Shown: positions 13,601-26,237 of the stretch, one piece after another
Numbering within the stretch: the stretch's first letter is position 1
Layout of the letters: the number at the start of each line of letters is the position of its first letter
Notes under the pieces: generated by a model
Told to the model about the DNA's origin: nothing
Database searches by the model: none
Seen by the model: the letters and a program-made list of their open reading frames with translations, nothing else
Made by a program: the position numbers and the translations under genes
DNA from: Chiloscyllium plagiosum
Taxonomy: Eukaryota
DNA: 64,000 bases
Direction of reading: 5' to 3'
Assembly (NCBI RefSeq): GCF_004010195.1
Contig: NC_057719.1
Coordinates: forward strand, 66,274,066-66,338,065

Positions 13601-14990
13601 GAAGGATGGTAAGGAAAAGCCAGAGTACTATAGACCGGTGAGCCTGACATCAGTGGTGGGCAAGTTTTTGGAGGGAATCCTGAGAGACAGGGTTTTCATG
13701 TATTTGGACAGGCAAGGACTGATTAGGAATAGTCAGCATGGCTTTGTGCGTAGGAAATTATGTCTCACTAACTTGATTGAGTTTTTTGGAGAAGTAACAA
13801 AGAGGATTGATAAGGGCAGAGCGGTGGATGTGATCTATATGGACTTCAGTAAGGCTTTCGACAAGGTTCTTCATGATAGACTGGTTAGCAAGGTTAGATC
13901 TAGTGGAATACAGAAAAACTAGGCATTTAGATACAGAAGTACCTCAAAGGTAGATGGCAGAGGGTAGTGGTGAAGGCTTGCTTTTCAGACTGGAGACCTG
14001 TGATTAGTTGTGTGCCAAAAGAATCGGTGCTGGGTTCACTGCTTTTTGTCATTTATATAAATGGTTTGGATTTGAACATAGGAGGTATAGTTAGTAAGTT
14101 AGCAGATGACATCAAAATTGGGGCTGTAGCGGAGAGCGAGGAAGTTACCTCAGATTACAACGGGATTTTGATCAGATGGGCCAATGGGCTAAGCAGTGGC
14201 AGATGGAGTTTAATTTAGATAAATGCTAGGTGCTGCATTTTGGAAAGGCAAATCAGGAAAGGACTTAAACACTTAATGGTAAGTCCTGGCGAGTGTGGCT
14301 GAACAATGAGACCTTGGAGGACAAATTCATGGTTATCTGAAAGTGAAATAGGAGGTACATAGGTTAGTGAAGAAGGTGTTTAGTGTGCTTACCTTTATTG
14401 GTCAGTGCAATAGGTAAAGGAGTTTGAAAGTCATGTCCCTGCTGTACAGGACATTTGGAGTATTACTTACAGTCCTGGTCCCTCCTACAGGAAGAATGTT
14501 GTGAAATTTGAAAGGATTCAGAAAAGATTTACAAGGATGTTGCCAGGATGGGAGGGTTTGAGCTACAGGAAGAGGCTGAATATGCTGGGGCTGTTTCCCT
14601 GGAGCATCGGAAGCTGAAGGGTGACCTGATAGAGGTTTATAAAATCACGAGGTACGTGGATAGGATAAATAGACAAGGTCTTTTCCCTGGGTTGGGGGAG
14701 TCCAGAACTAGAGGGCATAGATCTAAGGTGAGAGGGAAAAGACATATAAGGGAGCTAAAGGTCAACATTTTCACCCAGAGGGTGGTGCATGTATGGAATG
14801 AGCTGCCAGAGGAAGTGGTGGAGGCTAGTACAATTACAACATTTAAAAGGCATCAGATTGAGTATATGAATAGGAAGGGTTTAGAGAGATACCGGTCGAT
14901 GCTGGCAAATGGAACTAGATTTACATAGGATAGGTTGTCAGCATGGATGAGTTGGACGGAAGGGTCTATTGTTATGTTGCAAACCTCTAT
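10692..14990 (+). mobile_element. Near full-length degenerate CR1 LINE (ORF1 zinc-finger/esterase, ORF2 APE-RT)
   Basis: ORF1 remnants (CSS…VYRKC; DSLVRGTDKRFC); APE remnants (TETWL…YRKDRKGGKRGGG); RT motifs (KSPGPDQVHPR, YRPVSLTS, QHGF, YMDFSKAFDKV, LADDIK); many stops and frameshifts. Confidence 0.93.
11936..12258 (-). mobile_element. HE1-type V-SINE inserted at the start of CR1 ORF2
   Basis: tRNA-like head (TGGCACAGTGG, GGTTCAATTCC), V-SINE core (gtgggtttcctcc…ggtttcctcccaca) and (TAATC)n tail. Confidence 0.92.
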
Positions 14991-15879
14991 GCTCTCAGAC
15001 CTTCTGATCTTCTCCAGCAATTTCCATTTTTGTTAGAGAGGATGTTTCCTCATGTGGGGCCCTCTAGAATGAGAGATGATAGCTTTAGAATGACGGGCAG
15101 CAGATTTAAAACAGCGATGAAGAGAAATTATTTCTCTCAAAGGGTCATGAGTCTATGGAATTCATTCCCTCAGTGTAGTGGATTTTAGAACATTGAGTAA
15201 CTTTAAAGGGGGAGATAAAAATGATTAAGTAGCAATGGGTTCAAGAGTTATAGTGGGGAACGCAGGGATCTAGAATTGAGGCTGAGATGAGATCACTGGT
15301 GATTGTATTAAGCGGACAGAGCAGACTTGATGAGCTGAATTGTATACTCCTGCTCCTTCTCCTTATGTTGTAACATATATGGAGAGAGAAGCAGAGTGAT
15401 AATTAAAAGGATATCAAACTGAAATACAAACCGGAAAAAGTTAGAGATGTAACAGGTTGTAAGCGTACAGGTGCAGGGCAAGGGCAGGCTGGGGAAGATG
15501 TAACCAATGGGAAGGTCTGTGATGAAGTCAAAGGCAGGAGAGGTTAAAGCACTAAAGGCACGATGGCACAAAGCGAAAGGTAATTGTGGAGCAAGAAACA
15601 ACAATATGGGTGTCAAGGTGGTGTCAAGTTTGATAGCTGAGTCAATAGCAGTCCAAAAAAATGACAGTAGTTACAATCTGTTGAACTTAATATTGAGTCT
15701 GTAAGGTTGTGATTTCAAACTCAAATTCAAGGATTTCAAATTCCATTGAGTTTCACCAGAACAGTACAGGAGGCAGAGGTCAGAGACAATGGAGAGTTAA
15801 ACAATATTTCCAATTGCAACTGTCCATTTGTACCAGGGCTATCGGGGATTGTTTAAATATGCAAGTGAAGAAATTTCTC

Positions 15880-16545
15880 CTCGTCATCATCATCAGCAGT
15901 CCCTCAATTCAAGGACAATGTCTATTCAGGGTTGCAATCATCTGCCGTGAGTCTTCATATGACCAGGTTGAATCCCAGCCGACAGATATTTGGACACACA
16001 AGGCAAGATACCCTACAAGATACTGAGATCCAGAATGCAGGAGTTGCTACCTTTACTTATGTACTCTGTTGCCGCACAAGTAATTACGGCTCAAAGTGTG
16101 ATGCAGCTTGTTAGACAATTTGCAACACTTTGAATGATTAATAGCAAGCTCCTCTCTGTTACTAATGTACCTCAAGGGGAGTTTTGGAGAGTCCTTGAGG
16201 AGCTCTCTTTGATTTCCCTTAGAAAGTTGGCCAGCTGAGAGCTGAGAAATCAGGAGCTCTGGGCATCAACACGACTTGGCCATTTGGAAACAGTGTCCAG
16301 TTCTCTGTAACTGATTTTGCAGGAGCTTTGCTTGAAGAGCTGGTTTCAAAGATACTATCATTTGAACAATGGTCCTTCCATTGAATCTAAAACATGTGCC
16401 TGTGGCATGTGAATGGAATTTCTCTACTGTGCTCTGTTTTGCAGATCCAGAGTCAAAGTCTCATGACAGTGCAGGAGTTTGATGATGACAATTGCTCTGT
16501 GCATACAACTTCATTGATTTGCAGAAATCTGTTGCTTGTCATCCT
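15880..16545 (-). mobile_element. Degenerate RTE-like LINE 3' fragment
   Basis: (GAT)n-like tail at ~15885 and degraded minus-strand motifs resembling the RTE C-terminal TKL…LLYG-ETW and IxWxD. Confidence 0.45.
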
Positions 16546-16589
16546 ACAGTTAATTGGTCAAATCATATTCTGATACTTTGATTCCTTAT

Positions 16590-17760
16590 TCTAGCCAAAG
16601 CAGAAAAACCTTTCACCATCTAATCGGTTATGCCATTAAGAATCTTATACATTTCAATGATATCGCTTCTCAATCTTTTAAATTCCTGGGACTATAGGTC
16701 ATTCTGCTTGATCGCTCCACATACATCAGTCTTCATGCCAGGTATCAATCTACCAAACTTTTATTCTCTCCAAGGCATAAAATAAGGAGACCAAAATTGT
16801 ATACGGTATTCCTGATGTGTTCTCAGCAAAGTGTTACACAATGTTAAAATAATTCTTTATTTGTGTATTACAACTCTCTTGCAATAAAGGCTAACATGTC
16901 ATTTGCTTTGCTGTGATTTGTGTAGAATTTCCTTCCGAATCATAACATTCACCATTTATAAAGTATTCTGCTTTTCCATCTCTTTCTGAAGTGGATACTT
17001 TTACACTTTCCCACATTATCTTGTCACTTTCTCTCTCAATCACTTAACCAGTCCATCTCCCTTTGTAGTTTTTCTTTGTTATTGTCATGACTTACTTTCT
17101 CATTTAACATTGCATCATTATCAAATTTGGTCCCTACATCTAAATCATTGATATAGATTGTGGGCGGCACAGTGGTAAGCACTGCTGCCTCACAGCACCA
17201 GAGACCCGGGTTCAATTCCCACCTCAGGTTACTCTCTGCGTGGAGTTTGCACATTCTCCCCATGTCTGCATGTGTTTCCTCTGGGTGCTCCGGTTTCCTC
17301 CCACAGTCCAAAAATATGCAGATTAGGTGAATTGGCCATGCTAAATTGCCCGTAGTGTTAGGTGAAGGGGTAAATGTAGGGGAATGGGTCTGGGTGGGTT
17401 GGGCTTTGGCGGGTCGGTGTGGACTTGTTGGGCCGAAGGGCCTGTTTCCACACTGTAAGTAATCTAAAAAAAATCTAAATTGAAGGCCTTTGTACTGATT
17501 GTTGAATCATTTAATTGGTTATTTACTGCTATCATGAAAATGACATACTAATTACTCTGCTTTCCACCATTTTTGAAGCAATCCTTAATCCATGCTAATA
17601 TAACTCAAACCCACAAGTTCTAATTCTATTACAATATTGTGGACTGCATATCATCGAATGCATAACAGCAATCAAAACATACTTCATCTACTGATGGTCC
17701 CGCATCTACCTTACTATTTACACACTTTAAGTAGCTAAGATCATTGTCAAACAACTTTCC
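16590..17760 (-). mobile_element. Old CR1 RT-region fragment interrupted by an HE1 SINE
   Basis: TIYINDLDVGTKF…EKLQREMDWLSD on the minus strand. Confidence 0.65.
17162..17477 (+). mobile_element. HE1-type V-SINE
   Basis: Same family as 11936-12258. Confidence 0.92.
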
Positions 17761-19691
17761 TTTTATAAGGTAGTATTGAATCGCTGTAATTATTTACCAA
17801 TCTTATAATGTTCGCAGTGCTTGCATTTTCTTCAAAGTTAACATTTTCTGATGGCTGAATTCAGTCCCATGTATGAGTACATCAGCTGTAAGGTCACAAT
17901 CAGGGCAGCTCTATTTCTATCAATTAAATTTGCTTCAAAGCACCTTGGCCAAAATTTCAGCAGGTTACCAACCTCGGAGAAGGAGGCAGCTTCAAATATA
18001 GGGTGCATAAGAGATGAATATAAGCTCAAACGCCATCACATAAATAACAGCAAAATATTACAGATGCTAGAACTTTGAAATAAAACAGCAATGTTGGAGA
18101 AACTCAGCAGATCTAACAACATCTATGGAGAGAGAAACATAGTCTATGTTTCAAGTCCAATATGACTTCTCTCCAGGACTGACAAAGGGAACATTTCAAA
18201 AGTGCGCATTCCTTTGATTTTGATTATGTGTCAGATCCCAAGATATACTTTGTTTGCGTTCTGAACTCAGTCAATTTTCTGTAAACTGATCTTGCAAATA
18301 ATTGGGGCTTATTTTTTGAAACATGAACACCAGCAATTGAGGAGAGGCTATATTTAGAGCAAGGAGCCTGCATCACCCACATATTAGGCTAGATCTAAAC
18401 TGCAGGCTGGGAACGGGTTTTTGACAACTTAAGCAGAGTCTGCTTCACTAATTAGTCATAGAACATAAAAAAAAACAACCTATTTTATCCCCTGGAGGTT
18501 TGCAAGCATGTAAATATAAATGTAATCGTTTCTAACTGATTTTAAATAGCCACAGTAAACCTTGTAAGATTATATAAATAAATGAGCAATATTCTTTCCC
18601 TTTACTGTAAATATTTCTTGCAGTGACAAATGAGTGGGCACTTAGAAACAGATGCAATGAGATGCCAGTGAGTGCTGGTCAGAGAGTCCCATTAACAGTA
18701 ACCCGAGAGGACTAAAATATTAACTTGTGTCTTTCATCTTCACATGGTTTCAGATTAAGATTTAACTTCAAAATACCTTCGGCACAATTATCTTCAGGAA
18801 ATATGAAATTAATTTCATTCATGTCTACTTAAGTAATACACATTAATTTTAACTTTGTACACCCCAGTCCAACACCGGCATCTCCAAATCATTAATTAGG
18901 AATAGCTTCTTAAAGAAAAATGCAGCATTCATAAAACTGTCAACTAGGCAACGAACCAAAATTTTAGTACATAATGTTTTGTTTGTCTTCTCAGGTGAAT
19001 CCACTAAGACTTAAACTAGTGTGACTGATTCACCTTCTGTCAATTATTTAGAGCACTAAACAAAATGAATAATTAAATGAATGAAAGGGCTATAACCACA
19101 ATTTCCTAACTTTATCTAGAACCTACCATCACTTTATCCATTGCCAACTGATAATTAGTGCAATATATGCAGAGCACAAGCAGCGACAAAGAAACAAATC
19201 ATTTGTTTTACTAAACAGTTAAGGCTAATGACAGAAGTACTTACTGAGTGCATAGGAAGGACTTCATGTAACACAATTCTTAGGTATCTGACACCTCTAC
19301 AGACAATGTTGATCTTGGGCATTTTACTCATGGTGTTAAAATACAATACGATTTGAGCCTTAGCTCTTTTAGATATTGGCAAATCAACTCAGTGTGCTAA
19401 GGATAAAGAAGGCAATTTATGAATTCAAAAGCTGGAAACAAGTTTCCCAGAATCCAAACTTTTTTTAAAAAAGTCTTAATGCAAAATTAGCTTATGATTA
19501 ACAAGAGAACAGATCAAAAAATGTTACGTACAGCTCACAACTTTGTTCATACCAATTAGGAATAGGAATAGACCATTTGGCCCTTCAAATCTTTACCATC
19601 ATTCAATAAGATCATGACAGATCTGTTTGCGTTTTCAACTCCACATTCCATTCCGTCTCCAATCATTTTGAATTTCTTGCCCATCAACAAA

Positions 19692-19908
19692 AGTTCTCCC
19701 TGTGTCTGCCCAGGTTTCCTCCGGGTGCTCCGGTGTCCTCCCAGAATCCAAGAGGTGCATGTTAGGTGGATTGGCCATGCTAAATTACCCATAGTAGGTT
19801 AGGTGCATTAGTCAGGGGTAAATACAGGGGGAATGGTTGCCCTTTGGAAGGTCAGTGTGGACTTGTTGAGCTGAAGGGCCTGTTTCCACACTGTAGGGAT
19901 TCTATTCT
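19692..19908 (+). mobile_element. HE1-type V-SINE, 5'-truncated
   Basis: V-core and 3' tail only. Confidence 0.82.
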
Positions 19909-20636
19909 ATGAAAATAATTCATCTACTGCAATGTGACAGATATTTAATGATGCCAGCTCCACTGCCTGCTGAGGCACAGTGTTCCAATACTACAGAATC
20001 CAACAAAGAATCCAACACCTCATCTCAGTCCCAGAACACCTACTTTAAAAATTCAGTCTCCTGGTTAGGGAATAATCTACAAGAATCAACATCATTTCCA
20101 CTTTTACTTTGTCAAGGCCAACGGGATCTTCTAAGCTTTAATTAAAAACACCCTTGTCTCCTCTAAACTGCATAGAGTCATAGTGATGTACAGCACGGAA
20201 ACAGACCCTTTGATCCAACTCATCCATGCCAACCAGATATCTCAAACCAATCTAGTCCCTTCTGCCAGTACCTGGCCCATATCCCTCCAAACCCTTCCTA
20301 TTCATATACCGATCCAGATGCCTTTTAAATGTTGCAATTATACTAGCCTCCACCACTTCCTCTGGCAGCTCATTCCATACACGTACCACCCTCTGTGTGA
20401 AAAGGTTGCCCCTTAGGTCTCTTTTATATCTTTCCCCTCTCATCCTAAACGTATGCCCTCTAGTTCTGGACTCCCCCAACCCAGGGAAAATACTTTGTCT
20501 ATTTATCCTATCCATGCCACTCATGAGTTTATAAACCTCTATAACATCACCCCTCAGTCTCCGACGCTCCAGGGAAAACAGATCCAGCCTGTTCAGCCTC
20601 TCCCTGTAGCTCAAATCCTCAAACCCTGGCAATATC

Positions 20637-21242
20637 NNNNNNNNNNNNNNNNNNNNNNNNNNNNNNNNNNNNNNNNNNNNNNNNNNNNNNNNNNNNNNNN
20701 NNNNNNNNNNNNNNNNNNNNNNNNNNNNNNNNNNNNNNNNNNNNNNNNNNNNNNNNNNNNNNNNNNNNNNNNNNNNNNNNNNNNNNNNNNNNNNNNNNNN
20801 NNNNNNNNNNNNNNNNNNNNNNNNNNNNNNNNNNNNNNNNNNNNNNNNNNNNNNNNNNNNNNNNNNNNNNNNNNNNNNNNNNNNNNNNNNNNNNNNNNNN
20901 NNNNNNNNNNNNNNNNNNNNNNNNNNNNNNNNNNNNNNNNNNNNNNNNNNNNNNNNNNNNNNNNNNNNNNNNNNNNNNNNNNNNNNNNNNNNNNNNNNNN
21001 NNNNNNNNNNNNNNNNNNNNNNNNNNNNNNNNNNNNNNNNNNNNNNNNNNNNNNNNNNNNNNNNNNNNNNNNNNNNNNNNNNNNNNNNNNNNNNNNNNNN
21101 NNNNNNNNNNNNNNNNNNNNNNNNNNNNNNNNNNNNNNNNNNNNNNNNNNNNNNNNNNNNNNNNNNNNNNNNNNNNNNNNNNNNNNNNNNNNNNNNNNNN
21201 NNNNNNNNNNNNNNNNNNNNNNNNNNNNNNNNNNNNNNNNNN
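20637..21242. other. Assembly gap (others at ~188-222, 34863-34981, 42797-43296)
   Basis: Runs of N. Confidence 0.99.
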
Positions 21243-22970
21243 AAATACATGTACATCCTGTCCCTCAGGATTCCCTCCAATAACTTGCCCACCACCGAGG
21301 TCAGGCTCACCGGTATATAGTTCCCTGGCTTGTCTTTACCGCCCTTCTTAAACAGTGGCACCATGTTTGCCAACCTCCAGTCTTCCGGCACCTCACCTGT
21401 GACTATCGATGACACAAATATCTCAGCAAGAGGCCCAACAATCACTTTTCTAGCTTCCCACAGAGTTCTCAGGTACACCTGATCAGGTCCTGAGGATTTA
21501 TCCACCTTTAACCGTTTTGAGACATCCAGCACTTCCTCCTCTGTAATCTGGACATTTTGCAAGATGTCACCATCTATTTTCCTACAGTCTATATCTTCCA
21601 TATCCTTTTCCACAGTAAATACTGATGCAAAATATTCATTTATATCTCCCCCATTTGCTGTGGCTCCACAAAAAGTCCGCTTTGCTGATCTTTGAGGGGC
21701 CCTATTCTCTCCCTAGTTACCCTTTTGTCCTTAATATATTTGTAAAAACCCTTTGGATTCTCCTTAATTCTATTTGCAAAGCTATCTCATTTCCCCGTTT
21801 TGCCCTCCTGACTTCCCTCTTAAGTATACTCCTACTTCCTTTATACTCTTCTAAGAATTCACTGATCTATCCTGTCTATAACTGACATATGCTTCCTTCT
21901 TTTTCTTAACCAAACCCTCAATTTCTTTTGTCATCCAGCATTCCCTATACCTACCAGCCTTCCCTTTCACCCTGACAGGAATATACTTTCTCTGGATTCT
22001 TGTTATCTCATTTCTGAGGGCTTCCCATTTTCCAGCCCTCCCTTTACCTGCGAACATCTGCCTCCAATCAGCTTTCAAAAGGTCTTGCCTGATATCGTCA
22101 AAATTAGCCATTCTCCAATTTAGAACTCCAACTTTTAGATCTGGTCTATCCTTTTCCATCACTATTTTAAAACGAATAGAATTATGGTCGCTGGCCCCAT
22201 AGTCCCAAAGTGCTCCCCCACTGACACCTCAGTCACCTGCCCTGCCTTATTTCCCAAGAATTGGTCAAGTTTTGCACCTTCTCTAGTAGGTATATCCACA
22301 TACTGAATCAGAAAATTGTCTTGTACACACACTTACGAAATTCCTCTCCATCTAAACCTTTAACACTATGGCAGTACCAGTCGATGTTTGGAAAGTTAAA
22401 ATCCCCTACCATAACTACCCTATTATTCTTACAGATAGCTGAGATCTCCTTACACGTTTGCTTCTCAATTTTCCTCTGACTATTGGGAGGTCTATAATAC
22501 AATCCCAATAAGGTGATCATCCCTTTCTTATTTCTCAGTTCCACCCAAATAACTTCCCTGGATGTATTTCCAGGAATATCCTCTCTCAGCACAGCTGTAA
22601 TGCTATCCCTTATCAAAAATGCCACTCCCCCTCCTCTCTTGCCTCCCTTTCTATCCTTCCTGTAGCATTTGTAACCTGGAACATTAAGCTGCCAGTCCTA
22701 CCCATCCCTGAGCCATGTTTCTGTAATTGCTATGATATCCCAGTCCCATGTTCCTAACCATGCCCTGAGTTCATCTGCCTTCCCTGTTAGGCCCCTTGCA
22801 TTGAAATAAATACAAACAACAATTAACTTATCTGATTATGTGCTTTGAACTTCGCCGAACCGTTCCTCCAAGATTAGTTGTGAATTTCACTGTTTGTTAA
22901 TTTTCCCAGATGCACTCCGATCTCCAGCGATACATGAATTCAAACAGCAAAGGCGGTAACTGTGCAGGTT

Positions 22971-23016
22971 TTCTCTCTTCCTCTCTCCCTCTCTCCCTCT
23001 CTCTCTCTCTCCCTCC

Positions 23017-23047
<31 letters not shown>
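22971..23047. repeat. Imperfect (CT)n/(GA)n microsatellite
   Basis: Direct reading. Confidence 0.95.
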
Positions 23048-23289
23048 CTGCACTGTCCTCACCATGTGCTTCCTTTGTCTGCTCTTCTCCCTTTTAAACT
23101 GCTGTTGTTTTGACTTTTTTTTCCAAAGTTCCAAAACAATGCAACAGCATATAAAACAGTAATTGCTGCTCCTGGAATTCGAGGAAATCACCTCCATCAC
23201 CTAAAATACCTCAAAAAAAAGGAGGAGCTCTTACAGCCAGAAATTTTGCCAATCCTCCATCTTGGATTACCCAGAATCCTTAGTATAGG

Positions 23290-23860
23290 AATAGAGTGGA
23301 GTTGCAAAGAGAAGGGAAGTTGGAACTGTATAAAATACTGGCTAGGCCACAACTGAAACACTACATGTAGTTCTGGTTACCACATTAGAGGATATGATTG
23401 TACTACAGATGGCGCAGAGGAAATTTACTGGACTGGAGGGTCTGAGTGATTAGCAAAGATCAGGTAGGCTTGGGCTGTTTCCCTTGGAACAGTGCAGGTT
23501 AAGATTGGACCTGATAAATGTGTATAAGATTACAAGGAGCACAGATAGAATGGATAGAAAGGCACTTCTTCCGTTGGTTGAGGGATCTTAGATTTAAGGT
23601 AAGAAGTGAAACTTTCAGAAAAGAGTCAAGGAGCATGTTCATTTACACCCAAAAGATGGTGTGAGTTTGGAACTCTCCTTCTGAAAGTGTGGAGTTAGAT
23701 ACTCTCAATGTTTAAGGAATATTTAGATATTCAGTTGCATTGCCATAGCCTCCATGGGCAATGGAGAAGAGCTGGAAAATGAGACAAATATAGTTAGAAA
23801 TTTGTTGACTAGTGTGGACATGATAGGTTGAATGGCCTCCTTCTTTTCTGTAAATGTCTA
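23290..23860 (+). mobile_element. Old CR1 3' fragment
   Basis: LELYKILARPQL…, LGLFPLEQ…LDLINVYKI remnants. Confidence 0.7.
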
Positions 23861-25729
23861 CAATGCATGGAATACATGTACTGGAGTTGTAATTCTGGTA
23901 ACATCAAATATTTGAGTGGCCTGCTCATTCCAATCATGCAGCCAATATTACTCAGTAGCTATTTGCCTGGCAGAGGGTGGGCAGAGATGTGGCATCAGGC
24001 TCTCTAAAGCCACTTTAAAAGTTTAGCCAGCATTTCTTAAAAGTGGAAGTGTACACTAGAGATAATGTGGAAACATGCACTAGGCAGGAGAGCACCAAGC
24101 CTCTCGGCTGTTTCTGTTGAGGCTTATGTCAAAAACACAGAGCATTTTCTTCCTTCAAGCCACGGAAGCCTCTCAGACATCAACTATGCACAGAGAAGAG
24201 TGAGTAATTAAATGCTCGAGCCCCTAACTCTCAGGATGTGGCCACAATGAACCAAGAGGTTTAGTCGCCTTGAGTAGTGAAGGCAAGGGTAGTGATTTTC
24301 TCCTCTCAGCTGCACCATTTACTCTCAATGTTCTCCTGCTCAACCATACTTTATTTCATACATTAACTACACGATATCTCATTATACTTCTCCTCAAACT
24401 CAGCACTATTAGAATCCTCACTTGCCTACAAATCACATCTCTGACACGGTTATCCATTCTACCACAGGCACAGCTCTCAAATATCTCAAAGACACATCCT
24501 TCTCTTTGCTATTGTGAACAAACCAGGAGGATGAACAATCACCCAGCATGCATTCTACCCCACTCCAAAAATAAACTAAGAGTGCAGATACCTCAGCCAG
24601 GGAGAGTCCAGGCTGTGACGATTAGTTGACAAGTTGGTGGGAGGAGGCATTGTGCACAGTTTCTTTGTTTAGCTAATCTTCTTTGTCCCTTCCTTCTCAT
24701 CGTATTTGCACTGCGAGGCAAGTTTTAATTTCTCCCATTTCTCTACTTCTGCTTCCCCTTTACTAACTTTTCATCTTCTTTCTTTGAAAAGCTTATTTAA
24801 GTCGTTGCCCACTCTGGCTGTTCTCGAGAAGTGGGTGGTAGCTGCCTTCTTGAACCGCTGCAGTCTGTGTGGTGTTGAGTACATATACAATGCCGTTCAA
24901 AAATAGGTACACATGTGTTCAGTCACTCAAAAAGCAAGCACTGTTGTATCAAAGCAGAGTTTAATTTGATTACAAACTTTGCACAGTGCCATATTTCACT
25001 GCCTGAAAAGTATCCTTGAGAGTAAAATGTGACAGTGCAATATTGCATGCTGTTGATCAGAAAAGCTATCTCTGGAGCACAAACAAAAATCTAGCTGCCC
25101 AGTAAAAATATTTTCTTTATCATGAACAATTAATCCCTAAATTTTAGGCCAAGAATGCCAACCACAACAATATTTTCTAATTCCCAATACCCATTCTCTA
25201 AAAGCCCTTTATTTGCGACAATATTGCCACAGTTTGATTTGATTGAATCGTACTCATATTCATGTTTGATGCCATTGTCTTTAAGTATGCATTAACTGGT
25301 GCTCTCAGATTCAATCAACACAGACTTGAAGCCTCACTACATTCCTTTACTTTCATACTTCATTGAATATATTGAAGGCAGAAATTGATTGATTTCTACA
25401 CAGTAAAGCTATCAGGGGATAATGCAAGAGCATATTGTGGTACAGGATCAGCTGTGATATATTTGAATACTGGAGAAGGCTCAATGGGACAAAAGGCCTA
25501 TTTCTGTTTCTACTTCCAATATTCCTATTCTGCCAATTACCAACCCCTTTGCAACTGTTACCTCAGACTGATACAAATAGTTAGCAATCCCAGTATCTTG
25601 TTTTGCTTCTCATTTTTCATTGTCTTCATTATATACGCTACCTACTGCCACCTCCAAAAGATCATCCACTTTGGTGCTTATTTTAGCTGTAGCTCAGTTT
25701 CTGTTTGTGAGGAGCAATTGTAAATGTTG

Positions 25730-26237
25730 TTGTCTGCAAAAATCACAAGGCTGAATCGTGAAGAAGGAAGGGGGCGGGGGGTGTAGGTTAGGCTAGATCT
25801 GCTTGTACAAACAGTTATAAGCATCAGTTTCTCGCTTCTTCAAAAACAAAAAAACCACAATCAAGAAGTCATAAGGCTCAGTGTGGATGACGAATGGGAG
25901 GAAATGTTGCTTTAGTAAGCAAGGAAGCAGATGGCAGTGAAGGAAGATATACGCTAACAATAGACCACAGAGGGATGTGGTGAAATGGCCAAGCAAAACT
26001 TGTACTTTGTCACGCACAAGGCTAGATAAGGCAAGAGATAAACAAGAGTAATGGGCGCCGGGTTTAGAATAGTGGGAGGAGGGAAAGAGAAATTAATTGT
26101 ATAAAAGTTGTGTATCAGTAAACTCGGTGTGCCTATCTTGTAGACACCACTCTTGCAAGAGTATAATAAACGATACTGCTGCTTCAGATCTTGCCTCGGA
26201 CTGAAATGATTGAAGTGAGTGGGTTCTATTTTCCACG
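25730..26237 (+). mobile_element. Possible solo LTR
   Basis: ~500 bp with TATAAAA (~26100), AATAAA (~26165) and a U5-like end; flanking TGTTG duplication, but termini are imperfect. Confidence 0.35.

Larger units (their letters stand above)
9994..15030 (+). mobile_element. Internally deleted Penelope-like element split into 9994-10691 and ~14991-15030
   Basis: ALRSSPYFVTTSTDKDGTAVV (degenerate IKPADKG motif) and EQHLIFHLGTLQ…LNIKF; tail …tttccacagat resumes as gctctcagaccttctgatcttctccagcaatttc. Confidence 0.72.
9763..15371 (+). mobile_element. Old CR1 3' fragment split into 9763-9993 and ~15030-15371
   Basis: …SLEFRRMSGDLRDVYKMLKGLDKED resumes as ERMFPHVGPSRMR…YFSQRVMSLWNSFP, contiguous in the CR1 ORF2 C-terminus. 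Confidence 0.8.
9690..15790 (-). mobile_element. Old Penelope-like 3' fragment split into 9690-9762 and ~15372-15790 by nested insertions
   Basis: Terminal repeat tgctggaaacactcaacatgtcagg resumes as catatatggagagagaagcagagt; compare intact versions at 18050-18170 and 55828-55930. Confidence 0.65.
20171..23280 (-). mobile_element. CR1 LINE: ORF2 (with N gap) joined to a 5'UTR-like segment; ORF1 absent
   Basis: 3' tail at 20171; RT (KSSGPDQV…, PVSLTS) and APE (YFNARGLTGKADELRAW, GDFNFPNIDW) motifs to ~22812; then ~470 bp non-coding with a (GA)n tract. Confidence 0.88.

Noticed and set aside
13278..13922. 214-aa ORF as a host gene or domesticated RT
   Set aside because: It is a stop-free piece of a CR1 ORF2 whose flanks contain many stops and frameshifts.
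20252..21613. Long ORFs (453 aa, 276 aa; also 42787-43368 and 34707-35062)
   Set aside because: Their length is an artefact of reading through N gaps.
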